Assembly: GCA_951406725.2 (NCBI GenBank)
Contig: OX597828.1
Coordinates: forward strand, 52,204,001 to 52,268,000
Direction of reading: 5' to 3'
DNA from: Octopus vulgaris
Lineage: Eukaryota
DNA length: 64,000 bases
In this document: positions 29,141 through 40,840 of the stretch, piece by piece
Position numbering within the stretch: position 1 is the first letter of the stretch
Layout: each line of letters begins with the position of its first letter
Program-made: the position numbers and the translations under genes
Notes under the pieces: model-generated
Told to the model about the DNA's origin: nothing
Database searches by the model: none
The model's input: only the letters and a program-made list of their open reading frames with translations

Positions 29141-29283
29141 AGAATTCACAAATATACTGAAGACGAAGATAGCTGGTGTAGACAAAAAACAGATGTATTA
29201 GTTTAACCCTCGGGAAGTGAAAAAATCTTTAACGTTTCGAGTCTACGCTCTTCCACAGAAAGAAACATGGAGAGAAAATAAAG
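29138..29283 (-). mobile_element. PLE-type terminal repeat with HHR-like motif (29227-29262)
   Basis: Homologous to 9121-9300; core CTGTGGA. Confidence 0.65.
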
Positions 29284-29431
29284 TAAGAACACAACTCAGG
29301 CTTGCCAGCTGGGTAAACTGGAGCAACGTGAAAAATAAAATGCTTCACTCAAGGACACAAGTCGTCGCCAGGAATTGAACAGTGAATACTGTGAACTGAC
29401 TCAATGGGTATTTACACCTATTCGTCTACAA

Positions 29432-29770
29432 CAGTAGTTCTCAACCGTGGTCCATATGGCCCCTGAGGGTCCAGATACGATTATTAGGGGTCCAGGCAAG
29501 AAAATACTAACTGGGGATCCACAATGGTATCTTAAGGACCCCTGAACATTTTTTGCCCAAGTTGTATTAGTATGTTTGCAAGGAACAGCTAGGTTTCTTT
29601 CTCTAATGTTTCACATAGTTCAATCTACACAAGTTAATGAGTGAAAAACAAAATAGGAATTTTGAAAGAAGTCTCTATAGAATTAGTTCCTAAACATCGA
29701 ATGGCTATGGTGGACCATCGGAATAGAATATTAATCAAAGGAGCCCATAATAAATGCTTCTGAACACCTA
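29432..29770. mobile_element. hAT-like MITE
   Basis: Left end CAGTAGTTCTCAACC (hAT/Charlie-type); decayed right end; possible 8-bp TSD GTCTACAA/ATCAACAA. Confidence 0.55.
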
Positions 29771-29995
29771 ATCAACAACAAGAAATTTTCTTCAAAATAA
29801 AATACAGTGAATATGCTTCAAGCTTATTTGAACTGGTAACAAGTTTGTCGTACATTTGCTAAAATTGGAACGACATATATACATATAATGGTTCCGAAAT
29901 CTTTTGATTCTTTATACCGAGTTTCAATTACAATTAGGACATGGATATTTTTGGCTCACCATTACTCAGCGTATAGACCTATATTTTCGTGTTAG

Positions 29996-30380
29996 GGAGG
30001 CGCAATGGCCCAGTGGTTAGGGCAGCGGACTCGCGGTCGTAGGATCGCGGTTTCGATTCCCAGACCGGGCGTTGTGAGTGTTTATTGAGCAAAAACACCT
30101 AAAGCTCCACAAGGAGTCCGGCAGAGATGGTGGTGATCCCTGCTGTACTCTTTCACTACAACTTTCTCTCACTCTTACTTCCTGTTTCTGTTGTACCTGT
30201 ACTTCAAAGGGCCGGCCTTGTCACTCTCTGTGTCACGCTGAATATCCCCGAGAACTACGTTAAGGGTACACGTGTCTGTGGAGTGCTCAGCCACTTACAC
30301 GTTAATTTCACGAGCAGGCTGTTCCGTTGATTTGGATCAACCGGAACCCTCGTCGTCGTAACCGACGGAGTGCTTCCCCC
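29996..30380 (+). mobile_element. tRNA-derived SINE family C, full length with TSD
   Basis: Near-identical to 91-477; ATTTTCGTGTT at 29983-29993 and 30381-30391. Confidence 0.9.
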
Positions 30381-30582
30381 ATTTTCGTGTTGCTTCTTAG
30401 TGCAAACTGAACAGGTTTTCCATATCTTTTAATCCTCCGTAATCCAACAGTAAGAACGCCAAAATGAACGACGGATAACAATATCTTCTTTACTTGAGTT
30501 GATATTTCTTTTATTTAAAATGGTAAAGAAGTCTTCAGCTGTTCTAGAATCGCTCCGTTTGTTCTTCAACCAGACATTGATT

Positions 30583-30905
30583 ACTCTTTTACTTGTTTCA
30601 GTCATTTGATTGTGGCCATGCTGGAGCACCGCCTTTAGTGGAACGAGTCGATCCAATGACTTATTCTTTGTAAGCCTATCGTTCTCTTTTGCCGAACCGC
30701 TAGGTTACGGGAACATAAACACACCAGTATCGGTTGTCAAGCGATGTTGGGGAGACAAACAAGACACACAAACATATACACACACATGCATACATCTACC
30801 AAATCTTCTCACAAGGCTTTGGCCGGCCCGAAGTGCCACGCAGTGGGACCGAACCCGGAACCATGTGGTTGGTACGCAAGGTACTTACCACACAGCCACC
30901 CCTAC
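30583..30905 (-). mobile_element. SINE family A with internal deletions
   Basis: Reverse complement of head and tail. Confidence 0.8.
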
Positions 30906-31906
30906 ACCTTGGTGATCTGTCAGTTTTATATATTCATTGGCACACTGTGTGATTTGACGGTGATTTAACTGCTATTACCAGCCGGTTAATCGACCACATA
31001 GGTAACACCTTGTTGTTATTGCTGTTATTGTTCTTTAGCTCTGGGTTATTCATGGCAGAATAGATATTTGATCAAAGTTGTTCCCGCCATGATCTTCCAG
31101 TATTTTGTTCTAGAGTTAAAACGTACCAATTTATTGGATAAATCTATGTAGTCTTTGGTAGAAGGATTTTCGAGACGGTAAGTTATGGCTTAACGGAGAT
31201 TTGGCTGCTCTCTCTAGCAGACTGAACAACCTGCTTAGAGGCTCCTTGTTACCCTTGTTGCTGGTTTATGATTGTGCTGTTGGTGATAGCGGCAGTGGTG
31301 GTGGAATGTTTGGTAATGATATTAACGATGATGATGATGAGGATGATGATAGTGGTGGTGTTGGTGAAGGAGGTAGTTGTGGGGGTGGCACACGTGGTGG
31401 TGGAAATGGTGGCTTTGGGGGTCGGCGCTGACAGTGGTGTTGATTCTAACGACTATAATGAACGTGATGAGAAATATCTTGCTCCTGTTGATAGTTGAAG
31501 ATTAAATTGATGTACGATGTTGTTGATGCCGTTATTGTCCTTGCTGTTGTTGTTGTTGTTGTTGTTGTTGTTGATGAAGATTAAGATATTCTTGTGGCTG
31601 TTGATGTTGTTTTCCTTTGGTGTTCATTTCGGTGTTGCGTCGAAGCCCCTGATATCTTTGAGGATCAGAGAAATTTACCTTATATACTTCTTATATATGT
31701 GTGTATGTGTACGTACGTGTGTTTTATATATACATACATACATGCATACATACACACATACACATGCACGTATATACATATATTTATATCTGTATTTGTG
31801 TAACACTCTCCGTTTTTTCCCGTCTTTGTCTTCGTATACATCCCTTGCTTTCTTCCAAGGAATCTAATGCTTCCAAAGAATCGAAGATTCCTAGGAATCT
31901 TAGCTT

Positions 31907-32002
31907 AGTTTTCCCCTTGAGGCTGGCCAGATTGGAGCAATCTCGAGTATAACCAGCCGAAATTGCAAATATAATCTGGAACTCGACTGAGGAAAGAAAA
32001 CT
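31907..32002 (+). ncRNA. Candidate non-circularly permuted hammerhead in repeat 31800-32068
   Basis: GCAAT-C-TCGAGT / CCAGCC-GAAA-TTGC / ACTCGA-CTGAGGA plus extra helices; see findings. Confidence 0.55.
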
Positions 32003-32094
32003 CCGAATGACTCGTCCTTGTTTTCTTTGTATCGTCTATTTGGATGATTTGCGTTTTTGTCCCATTCGTATATATATATATATATATATATATA

Positions 32095-32151
32095 TCATCA
32101 TCATCATCGTCGTCGTTTAACGTCCGTTTTCCGTGCTAGCACGGGTTGGAC
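32095..32151 (-). mobile_element. RTE-type 3' tail fragment
   Basis: Minus strand TGTCCAACCCGTGCTAGCACGGAAAACGGACGTTAAACGACGACGATGATGAT: hairpin plus (GAT)n tail. Confidence 0.55.
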
Positions 32152-32152
32152 A

Positions 32153-32199
<47 letters not shown>

Positions 32200-32438
32200 G
32201 TAATAAATAAAATATATGCATACATACAGACATATATGTACGTACCGACATCTACATGTATATATACGTACAGGACATCACAGGAAGACGAAAAAATCAA
32301 CAGAACGAAAGCAGAAAAGACATTTTGTTACAACAGAAGGACAGAGACGTGGAACAAGACGAAACGAAAACGAAAACGGGAAAAACAATTATGTGCAGCA
32401 GAAAAACGAAGTACAGGACATGCTGCACAAGGAAAAAT

Positions 32439-32508
32439 CCCCTTCATCAGCTGTCGCTAGCAGACACGTGTTTCGAAGGCAGAGACAGAACACGTAAGGT
32501 CAAGCTAG
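32439..32508 (-). ncRNA. Candidate non-circularly permuted hammerhead with intact core, in repeat 32268-32575
   Basis: ACGTGT-T-CTGTC / CCTTC-GAAA-CACGT / GACAG-CTGATGA-AGGGG; see findings. Confidence 0.7.
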
Positions 32509-33109
32509 GCCTTCCTACGAGAGAATTAAAATAAAATAAACTCGTAGAGGGGTAAACGAGCAAGAAAAAATGTAATATATATATATTTACATATTTTTCG
32601 AATTTGTGTCAATATATGTAGAATAATATATCAGTTGAATAAACTTAAGACATGGTCTAGTTTTTACATTTTTTAAAGACCATTATACATTATGGTATTT
32701 AAAAATTTTGTTTACAATTTTGAAGTGTGTTAAACATTAAATTTGCGCTTTCATACGTTCGTAGTAATTATCATATTTCAAAATGTATTTAACTGGCAGT
32801 TGAATTCTTGAGAATTGTAGTGAAATGACTGATTCCTTCCTTTTTATACCCTTGGAAGGATCCAACCAGCTGAATATTTGGAATACCATTTTGACCAATC
32901 CGCATGCAGCTTAAACGTCACGGTTCGCCGGGCGTACTGATATAACTGGCATAGCTCCCACCTTTATTTTAACCAATTAGCTTGCTGTTTACATGTAATG
33001 CTTTTATGAGTGAGCAAACTTAGTTGATTTCGTTTTTATTTCAAGTTAGTGGGAGTCTTCTATGATTTGTTTATATTCGTATGCTAAAAATATTTTTTAA
33101 TCCACATCA

Positions 33110-34310
33110 TTAACTGGTTATTATGTTATTGTTGTTATTTCCGTTCATGGCAGGTTTGAAAATTTTGATAAACCGTGTTCCTTTTATCTTTCTTCCAACC
33201 TCACATGTATCGTGTAATATGTGGAAAAGAAAAATTAGAAACATTTTCTGACCACATGTTTCTAAATGTTCGTTCAATGGAAGTTTGAGAACATTAGTAT
33301 TCCAGATCTGTTTTCTGTGGACTCGTGAACGTTCCGATAATGCATTCCCTGTCTCGCTAATATATAGTTCCTCGCAATTCGGACATTTAATGCAGTAAAT
33401 CAAATTTCTGTTTTTGCAGTTCAGATCTGCATTTGCAAAAAATCAGTCTATTTTTTGTTCTAATGGATCTACCATTATGCATGTATTGACACGTTCCCCA
33501 TCTGTTAACATTACGTTTCATGTTATGTGGTTGCCTTTTGCTTAAGATAAGTGTTTCATAATTTATTAAGCATTTAAAATTTTTCACTTTGTTTCATGAT
33601 TGGCAAATTTGTTTGATGCTGTTAAAAATGCTTTGGTGATGCGGATTGAGTCTTACTAAAAATGTATTGTGTTCCATTGATGGGTTCGTCCTTTTTGTGT
33701 TGGCTTAAGTTGTTCTATATGTATATCTTTTGCTTGTTGTAGGCTATTTCTATAAGGGTAAATTTGCTTGAGCAGAAAACCTTTGAGTTCTATATCTCAT
33801 ATGTTCCTGGTATTTGGATCATCCACTATAGTATAAATTTTCCTGGCAAGACAGTACGGGATGTTGCATTTTGTGTGTGTTGGGTGGCATGATCTGAAAT
33901 TTAGGTACTGGTGTGTGTCTGTGCTTTTGTAAAAAACATCAGTTGTGATTGTGGTGTTGTTTTTAATTACCATTATGTCACGAAATAGCAATTATGTGTT
34001 GTTCATTTCTCTTGTGAATTTGAGACTAGGGTGTAGATCGTTGAGGAGTGTGCAGAATTATTCCAGATTTTCTAGGGATTTGATCCAAATTAGAGAACAA
34101 GCATCGTGGGTATCTTTTCCACATGTCCTCTATATGTCTTCTAAAGGTTATGCCGTAGTTATCGCCAATTTTTTTAATATAGGTTTTGCTCCAAGTATCC
34201 CGATACTGAGTTCGTGAAAATTGGAGCAAATCGCATCTCCATAGATGTGCCGCGAATTTCGAGGTAGTTTTTTTCCGTTAAAATGGAATGTATTGTTTTC
34301 GAGGATGTGA
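33110..34310 (-). pseudogene. Penelope-like element RT (C-terminal half) and GIY-YIG, frameshifted; Neptune-like
   Basis: ILENNTFHFNGK, TDVFYKSTDTHQYLNFRSCHPTHTKCNIPYCLARKI (PLE RT thumb), IYCIKCPNCEELYISETGNALSERSRVH (GIY-YIG); 3' UTR runs to about 32590. Confidence 0.9.
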
Positions 34311-34679
34311 ATGAATCTGTGTATGTGTATCTGTGTGTGTATATGTGTGTTTATGTTTGTGTATGTGTGTGTACATGCGTATGTATGTACGTGAATGTGT
34401 GGGTGCATGTGTGTGTGTGCATAATTATTTTATTTACATGATTTTTGCCTAACGTTGTTCTTGCTTTGTTACTATTTTCTTGTTGTGGTTGTTGTTGCTG
34501 CTGCTGTTGTTGCTGCGGATTGTGGATGTTATATCTGTGCGTGAAATAGTAATGACAGATTAGGGTTGTGAGATCTTAGCTGATACCCAGTAAATAATTA
34601 AATAATTTGAAGAATATAGACAGACTGACAGACACACAGACGAGCAATGAGACAGACAGCGAGATAGATAGGTAGATAG

Positions 34680-34740
<61 letters not shown>

Positions 34741-35111
34741 TGGATAAACAGACATAGACAGATAAAGAAGAGGAAGAGAGAGTATATCTATAAATACCTA
34801 TGTATATGTATATATATATTAATAAATTTTAGGGTAGCAAAAAATTCTAGAAAAATTCCCCGCCACCAGCGGTCAAGTGAGAAAGAAAAAATAGTCACTA
34901 GACTATATAATATACATTCAAACATATAAGGGATGGCTATAATAGAACATCCGACTCTCTAGAAAGAGCAGCTAAGCTCCAAACCACTAATAGTTGTAAA
35001 TCTGAAATGGAAAGAGAAATAAAAACGTTTATACATATATATATATATATATATATGTGTATATATACATACATATATATACATATATATATGTATCTGT
35101 ATATACATATA

Positions 35112-35170
<59 letters not shown>

Positions 35171-35197
35171 ATATATATATATTTATATATATATATA

Positions 35198-35418
35198 AAC
35201 TAGCAAAAACATCACGAAAAGTGTTGCTCAGAGTTTCACGTTCCCGTTTGTTTTGTCGGCCAGTTTGTTTAGAAACTAACCAAAACTGTCCGACGAACGT
35301 GAAACTCTGTGTAACAGTCTTGTGATATATTTGCTACTTTTTAATAGAGCATATTACTCTACCTCTGGTATTTGAGTACTATTTTCCCACCTTGTTTCGC
35401 GCTTATGTGCTTACACTA

Positions 35419-35421
<3 letters not shown>
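35198..35421. mobile_element. Inverted pair of PLE-type terminal repeats, each with a degenerate HHR
   Basis: Plus copy ACTGT-CCGACGA-ACGT-GAAA-CTCTGTG-TA-ACAGT (35285-35318); mirror copy at about 35221-35266; TA tracts on both sides. Confidence 0.6.
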
Positions 35422-35481
<60 letters not shown>

Positions 35482-35517
35482 TATATATGCATATATATAC
35501 ATATATATATATACATA

Positions 35518-35555
<38 letters not shown>

Positions 35556-36736
35556 CTAGCATTAAAGACCCGTTGTTGCTGGGTCATAGTGCTAGTGCAT
35601 GTATATATGTGTACATATTACATGTACATCTATATATATACATCTACACATAAAATACAAAATACAAAGTTATATCTTGATATCGCTAGTGATAACAATG
35701 CTCAAAATATATAACAGACTGGAATTGTTAGCCCGTTTCTTGTAATATCGATCAATTGTATCTTGTCCTCCCTCTTGTATAGAAGTGTGGCTACAATCCA
35801 GCCTACCTCTACTTCTGGGGTGGGGGGCATTTGTAAATTTTTTTTCCGGGACGTCCTACGTCCCAGATATAAAGGTAATAATAAAATATTTCCACTTTGC
35901 AAGTTCGAGTCGAGTACTCCCATGCACGCTCCGTTGACTCGAACCTTGCTTCTATTGTGGCGAATTTACCGCCTCTGATTAGATACCTTTCATAGTCGCA
36001 CCAAGACACTTTTCAAAGGTGCTTTCCTCCATCTGTTCAAATCTTCTTTTTTCTCTACATTGTATACTTTATAGACAATAGTCTTTTCTTTAATTTAATT
36101 TTTTATTATCCATCTGGACTATTCCATTTCTGCACGCTAATTTTATTTTTAATTTATTCCCATTCATGTGAAACCACTTATTCAAGTTCAAATCATTGAT
36201 GCAATTTTATACCAATTGTTATTTTTACTTTTGTTATGTTACGATTATATTATACTTTAGTTTGATTTTAATTATTACTTACTACATATAATTCAATTGT
36301 TATTATTATTTTTATTGTTAAAGTGAAAGTATCTGACATAAAATAGAGAAATATTTTTGCTTCACTTTTAACACGTAATACTGAAATATTGGAGAAGATA
36401 TGATATTGCTATGGGCTCGCTCTAGGCAAGAAGTTGAACATTGGTTTTGCCCATGAAGCTATATGGATCCTAAGTAAGGCATGTGTAAAATTTGAATGGA
36501 ATTGGTAGTGTAGTTCTCAAGTTTTAAGGAATCGTAGTGGAGAAGATGTGATATTGCTATGGGCTCGCTCTAGGCAAAAAGTTAAAAAAATTTTTTGCCG
36601 ATGACACTCCCCGGACTCTAAGTAAGGCATTTGTAAAATTTGAATGAAATTGGTTGTTTAGTTCTCAAGTTTTAGGGAAACACACAGACAGACAGACAGA
36701 CAGACAGACACATTCTCAATTTTATATATATAAAGA
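35556..36736 (-). mobile_element. Non-autonomous Helitron with internal ~150-bp duplication
   Basis: 5' TCTTTATATATATAAAA, 3' hairpin GACCC..GGGTC plus CTAG, A|T insertion site; direct repeat at about 36390-36530 and 36538-36680. Confidence 0.8.
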
Positions 36737-36959
36737 TATATATATATATATATATATACACACAAACACACACACGCACACATATATTTCGTCTGCCGTT
36801 ACGTTCAGAGTTTAAATTCCACCAAGGTGGACTTCGCTTTTCATTCTTTCGGAGTCGATAAATTAAGTGCCAGTTACGCACTGTGGCGATGTAATCGACT
36901 TAATCCGTTTGTCTGTCCTTGTTTGTCTGTGTTTCGCCCCTTGTGGGTAGTAAAGAAAT

Positions 36960-37520
36960 ATATAGCTGAGATACGAGGAGATATTGATAAATCGGGTATA
37001 GCTGGTCATGTATGCAAAAATGGAGACCGCCCCACCACCACCACCACTGTGGGATGAATTTGATATAATAGATAGAGAACATCACTGGAAAATACGAAAA
37101 CTAAAAGAAGCAGCACATATGCTAGGACACAACAACCTCCTAAGCAGACCGAATGCGGATATGAACAGCATATTGGAACCGGTATTAAGGAAGGATAGGA
37201 AAATATTATATTTATAAGCCCTAAAATTCAATCCATAATTTCCCACGGGCATATACTGTAGTAGTTAAGTGCGTGGGCTACTAACCCTAAGATTCCGAGT
37301 TCGATTCCAACCAGTGACCTGAATAATAATAATAACATCGAAAAATACCTTAGGAATGAGAACCCAGGTTAAAAATTTCCCCAAGATCCCTGATGGAGGC
37401 TGGAGGGTATATCAGCCGAAACATTGTGTTAACAACAAACAAGATGAGGACAAAAATCCGTCAAATGTAAATAATGTAAATAATGTACATAATTCCCCAT
37501 GTCTTAAATATAGAACTGTA
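36960..37520 (+). mobile_element. PLE 3' end: GIY-YIG C-terminus, tRNA-like segment, HHR
   Basis: KSGIAGHV...WDEFDIIDREHHWKIRKLKEAAHM (stop at 37215-37217); B box GAGTTCGATTCC; CTGATGG-A-GGCTG..CAGCC-GAAA-CATT. Confidence 0.75.
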
Positions 37521-38252
37521 AGATCTATATTTATTCCTAACGTCTCCTTCCGTTTACAAAGCAGAAGGCTGCGATTTTAAGGAGATTTCACTGCTATTAC
37601 TCGCAGATCATGCTACAGTTAAGAAGCCCCCTTCATTAATGTCTTTTAGCGTTAGTCTAACCCAGATTAGCTAGACCTGTAAACAAAGACTTTGCAGTCG
37701 TCTTGTTTTGAGAGCGGCAAAGGATTTGGTGTCGGAACCTAAGGGCGTCTGTGTCGGAGGAGTTCGAGGGCGAAGGGGAGCAGTGGGAGTTGAAAACACT
37801 GAGAATGAAGATATGGAAGAGTGTTGATCCGAGATCAATTCATTGAATGAACGCGCGGCAGCTCTGACGTTTGCTATTAGCTTGAAGAATTTAGAAAACG
37901 TTAGAGACATCAGATACAAATGTGTATGAGAGAGGTCGTCGATTGGCAGTGAGAGTGCATCTTATATGTAAAAGAGAAAGAGAGAGTGAGAGTACCTTGG
38001 AAATGAAAATTTATTAATTGTTGATTTATTTATTCACTTGAGTGTGTGGTCTGTCTTGATCGGAACGACATAATGATTAAAAGCTAAGACATATCTTTTA
38101 ATTTTTATCATTTACGTGTTTCAGTCAATAGACTGCAGCCATGCTGGAGTTATCGCCTTGAATTTCTAGTAGTATGAATCGACCCCAATACTTATTTTTC
38201 AAGCCTGGTAAGTTATCCAATCGCTCTATTATCCAGTCGCTCTATTATGACA

Positions 38253-38347
38253 AACCGTTAAGTTACAGGGGCTCAACCGGTTGTCAAGCGGGGGCGGGAG
38301 ACAAATACAGACACAAAGACACACACACATACACACATATGTATGTA

Positions 38348-38386
<39 letters not shown>

Positions 38387-38535
38387 CAAGCGGGGCGGGA
38401 AGACACAGACACAAAGACACACACACATACACACATATGTATGTATGATATATATATATATATATATATCATACATACATATGTGTGTATGTGTGTGTGT
38501 CTTTGTGTCTGTATTTGTCTTCCCGCCCCCGCTTG

Positions 38536-38576
<41 letters not shown>

Positions 38577-38670
38577 TACATACATATGTGTGTATGTGTG
38601 TGTGTCTTTGTGTCTGTATTTGTCTTCCCGCCCCCGCTTGACAACCGGTTGAGCCCTGTAACTTAACGGT
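38253..38670. repeat. ~420-bp palindrome built from SINE family A internal segments
   Basis: AACCGTTAAGTTACAGGGGCTCAACCGGTTGTCAAGCGGGG mirrored by CCCCGCTTGACAACCGGTTGAGCCCTGTAACTTAACGGTT; two units per arm. Confidence 0.9.
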
Positions 38671-38684
38671 TACAGCTCACAGTG

Positions 38685-38736
<52 letters not shown>

Positions 38737-38739
38737 CAC

Positions 38740-39141
38740 TGTGAGCTGGCAGAAACGTTAGCACGCCGGGCGAAATGTATAGCCGTATTTCGTCTGCCGT
38801 TACGTTCTGAGTTCAAATTCTGCCGAGGTCGACTTTGCCTTTCATCCTTTCGGGGTCGATAAATTAAGTACCAGTTACGCACTGAGGTCGATGTAATCGA
38901 CTTAATCCGTTTGTCTGTCCTTGTTTGTCCCTTCTGTGTTTAGCCCTTGTGGTTAGTAAAGAAATAGGTATTTCGTATGCCGTTACGTTCTGAGTTCAAA
39001 TTCCGCCGAGGTCGACTTTGCCTTTCATCCTTTCGGGATCGATAAATCAAGTACCAGTTACGAACTGGGGTCGATGTAATCGACTTAATCCCTTTGTCCT
39101 TGTTTGTCCCCTCTGTATTTGTCCCTTTGTGGGTAGTAAAG

Positions 39142-39145
<4 letters not shown>
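38740..39145 (+). mobile_element. SINE family B tandem dimer
   Basis: Two consecutive family B units. Confidence 0.9.
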
Positions 39146-39227
<82 letters not shown>

Positions 39228-39467
39228 TATATATGTATATATATATGTGTGTGTACATACATACTTAGATACCTATAGATATATAAGTAATATGCTATAA
39301 TTATATACATAATCATAATGAGGGGTCAGCTAATTTCTTCACCACGTACTGAATTAGAAATACACGCTAATGTCTTTTCAACTACCATAAAAACTCCTAG
39401 AAAATAACACACTTTTTTGAATGTAGGCAAAAGGGAAAATGATGAATCGAATTCGACCGCAATTAAT

Positions 39468-39525
39468 TACAGACGCGTTTCGAACTTAAAGTAAAACATA
39501 ATTACCTTTTGTTCTCATCGGTGTT
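39468..39525 (-). ncRNA. Type I HHR motif (U4C core) in repeat ~39310-39700
   Basis: ACA-CCGATGA-GAAC...GTTC-GAAA-CGCG-TC-TGT; palindromic stem III ACGCGT, GUC triplet. Confidence 0.7.
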
Positions 39526-39712
39526 ATAGCCAAATATAAATTTGCAAGTGTTGGAATAAATATGCACGCGATCAAGCGTCGTCGCGTGACTAACGTTTAA
39601 CAACGCTTTCAAAGATATACAGTCGAATGTGATTCATACTTAACCTTTATACCTACGTGTGAGAACCGACCTATCCCGCAGAAAACTGCACTTTCGATGA
39701 TATACGTATATA

Positions 39713-39925
39713 CAGTAATACCTCGCCATACCGCGGTTCACCTATCGCCCTATATTATTTTAGCTTCCGTCGATTCCGCCGTGCTGCTGTTTTGCATATT
39801 ATAATAAAATAATTATATAAAGATTATAAAAATAACAAAAAATATACAGTACAGCTCGGTTTCTACTTTGTGGATTTTCACCTATCGCAAGGTTTTTGGA
39901 ACGTAACAACCGCATTAGTCGAGAG
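39713..39925. mobile_element. Tigger/pogo-like MITE
   Basis: TA then CAGTAATACCTCGCCATACCGCGGTT; degenerate mirror AACCGCATTAGTCGAGA. Confidence 0.55.
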
Positions 39926-40119
39926 ATAATATATATATATATGTATTATATATATGTGTGTGTGTGTTTCATGTCTCGTTTCTCTGTTTTTTTCGTTGTT
40001 CGAAAAAGTTTCGTTTCCTGTTTTTGTTTTTATGTCCCGTTCTCATGCTTGTATATATATGTAGGTATGTACACATATGTATGTATATATGCATATATTT
40101 ATATATTATTTATATTGTT

Positions 40120-40199
<80 letters not shown>

Positions 40200-40216
40200 C
40201 ATATATATATATATAA

Positions 40217-40790
40217 GGAGCTTGCTTCCCAACCACATGGTTCCAGGTTCATTCCCATTGCGTGGCACCTACTATAGTCACGGGCTGACCAAAGCCTTGT
40301 GAGTGGATATGTTAAACGGAAACTGAAAGAAGCCCTTTGTATATATATATGTATGCATGTATGTATGTATGTATGTATGTATGTATGTATGTATGTATGT
40401 ATGTATGCATGCATGCATGTATGTATGTATGTATGTATGTATGTATGTATGTATGTATGTATGTATTATGTATGTATGCATGTATGTATGCATGCATGCA
40501 TGTATGTATGTATGTATGTATGTATGTATGTATGTATGTATGTATGTATGTATGTATGCATGTATGTATGTATGTATATGTTTGTGTGTCTGTGTTTGTC
40601 ACCTCACTATCGCTTGATAGCTGATATTGGTGTGTTTATGTTCCCGTAACGTAGCGGTTCGGCAAAAGAGAACGATTGAATAAGTACTAGGCTTACAAAG
40701 AATAAGTCATTGGATCGACTCGTTCCACTAAAGGCGGTGCTCCAGCATGGCTGCCGTCAAATGACTGAAACCAGTAAAAGAATAAAAGAA
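40217..40790 (+). mobile_element. SINE family A with expanded (TATG)n centre
   Basis: Head and tail as in 23275-23757. Confidence 0.85.
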
Positions 40791-40805
40791 TATATCCATA
40801 CATAC

Positions 40806-40840
<35 letters not shown>

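Noticed and set aside
35702-36009. ORFs inside the Helitron as Rep/helicase
   Set aside because: No PIF1 or HUH motifs recognisable
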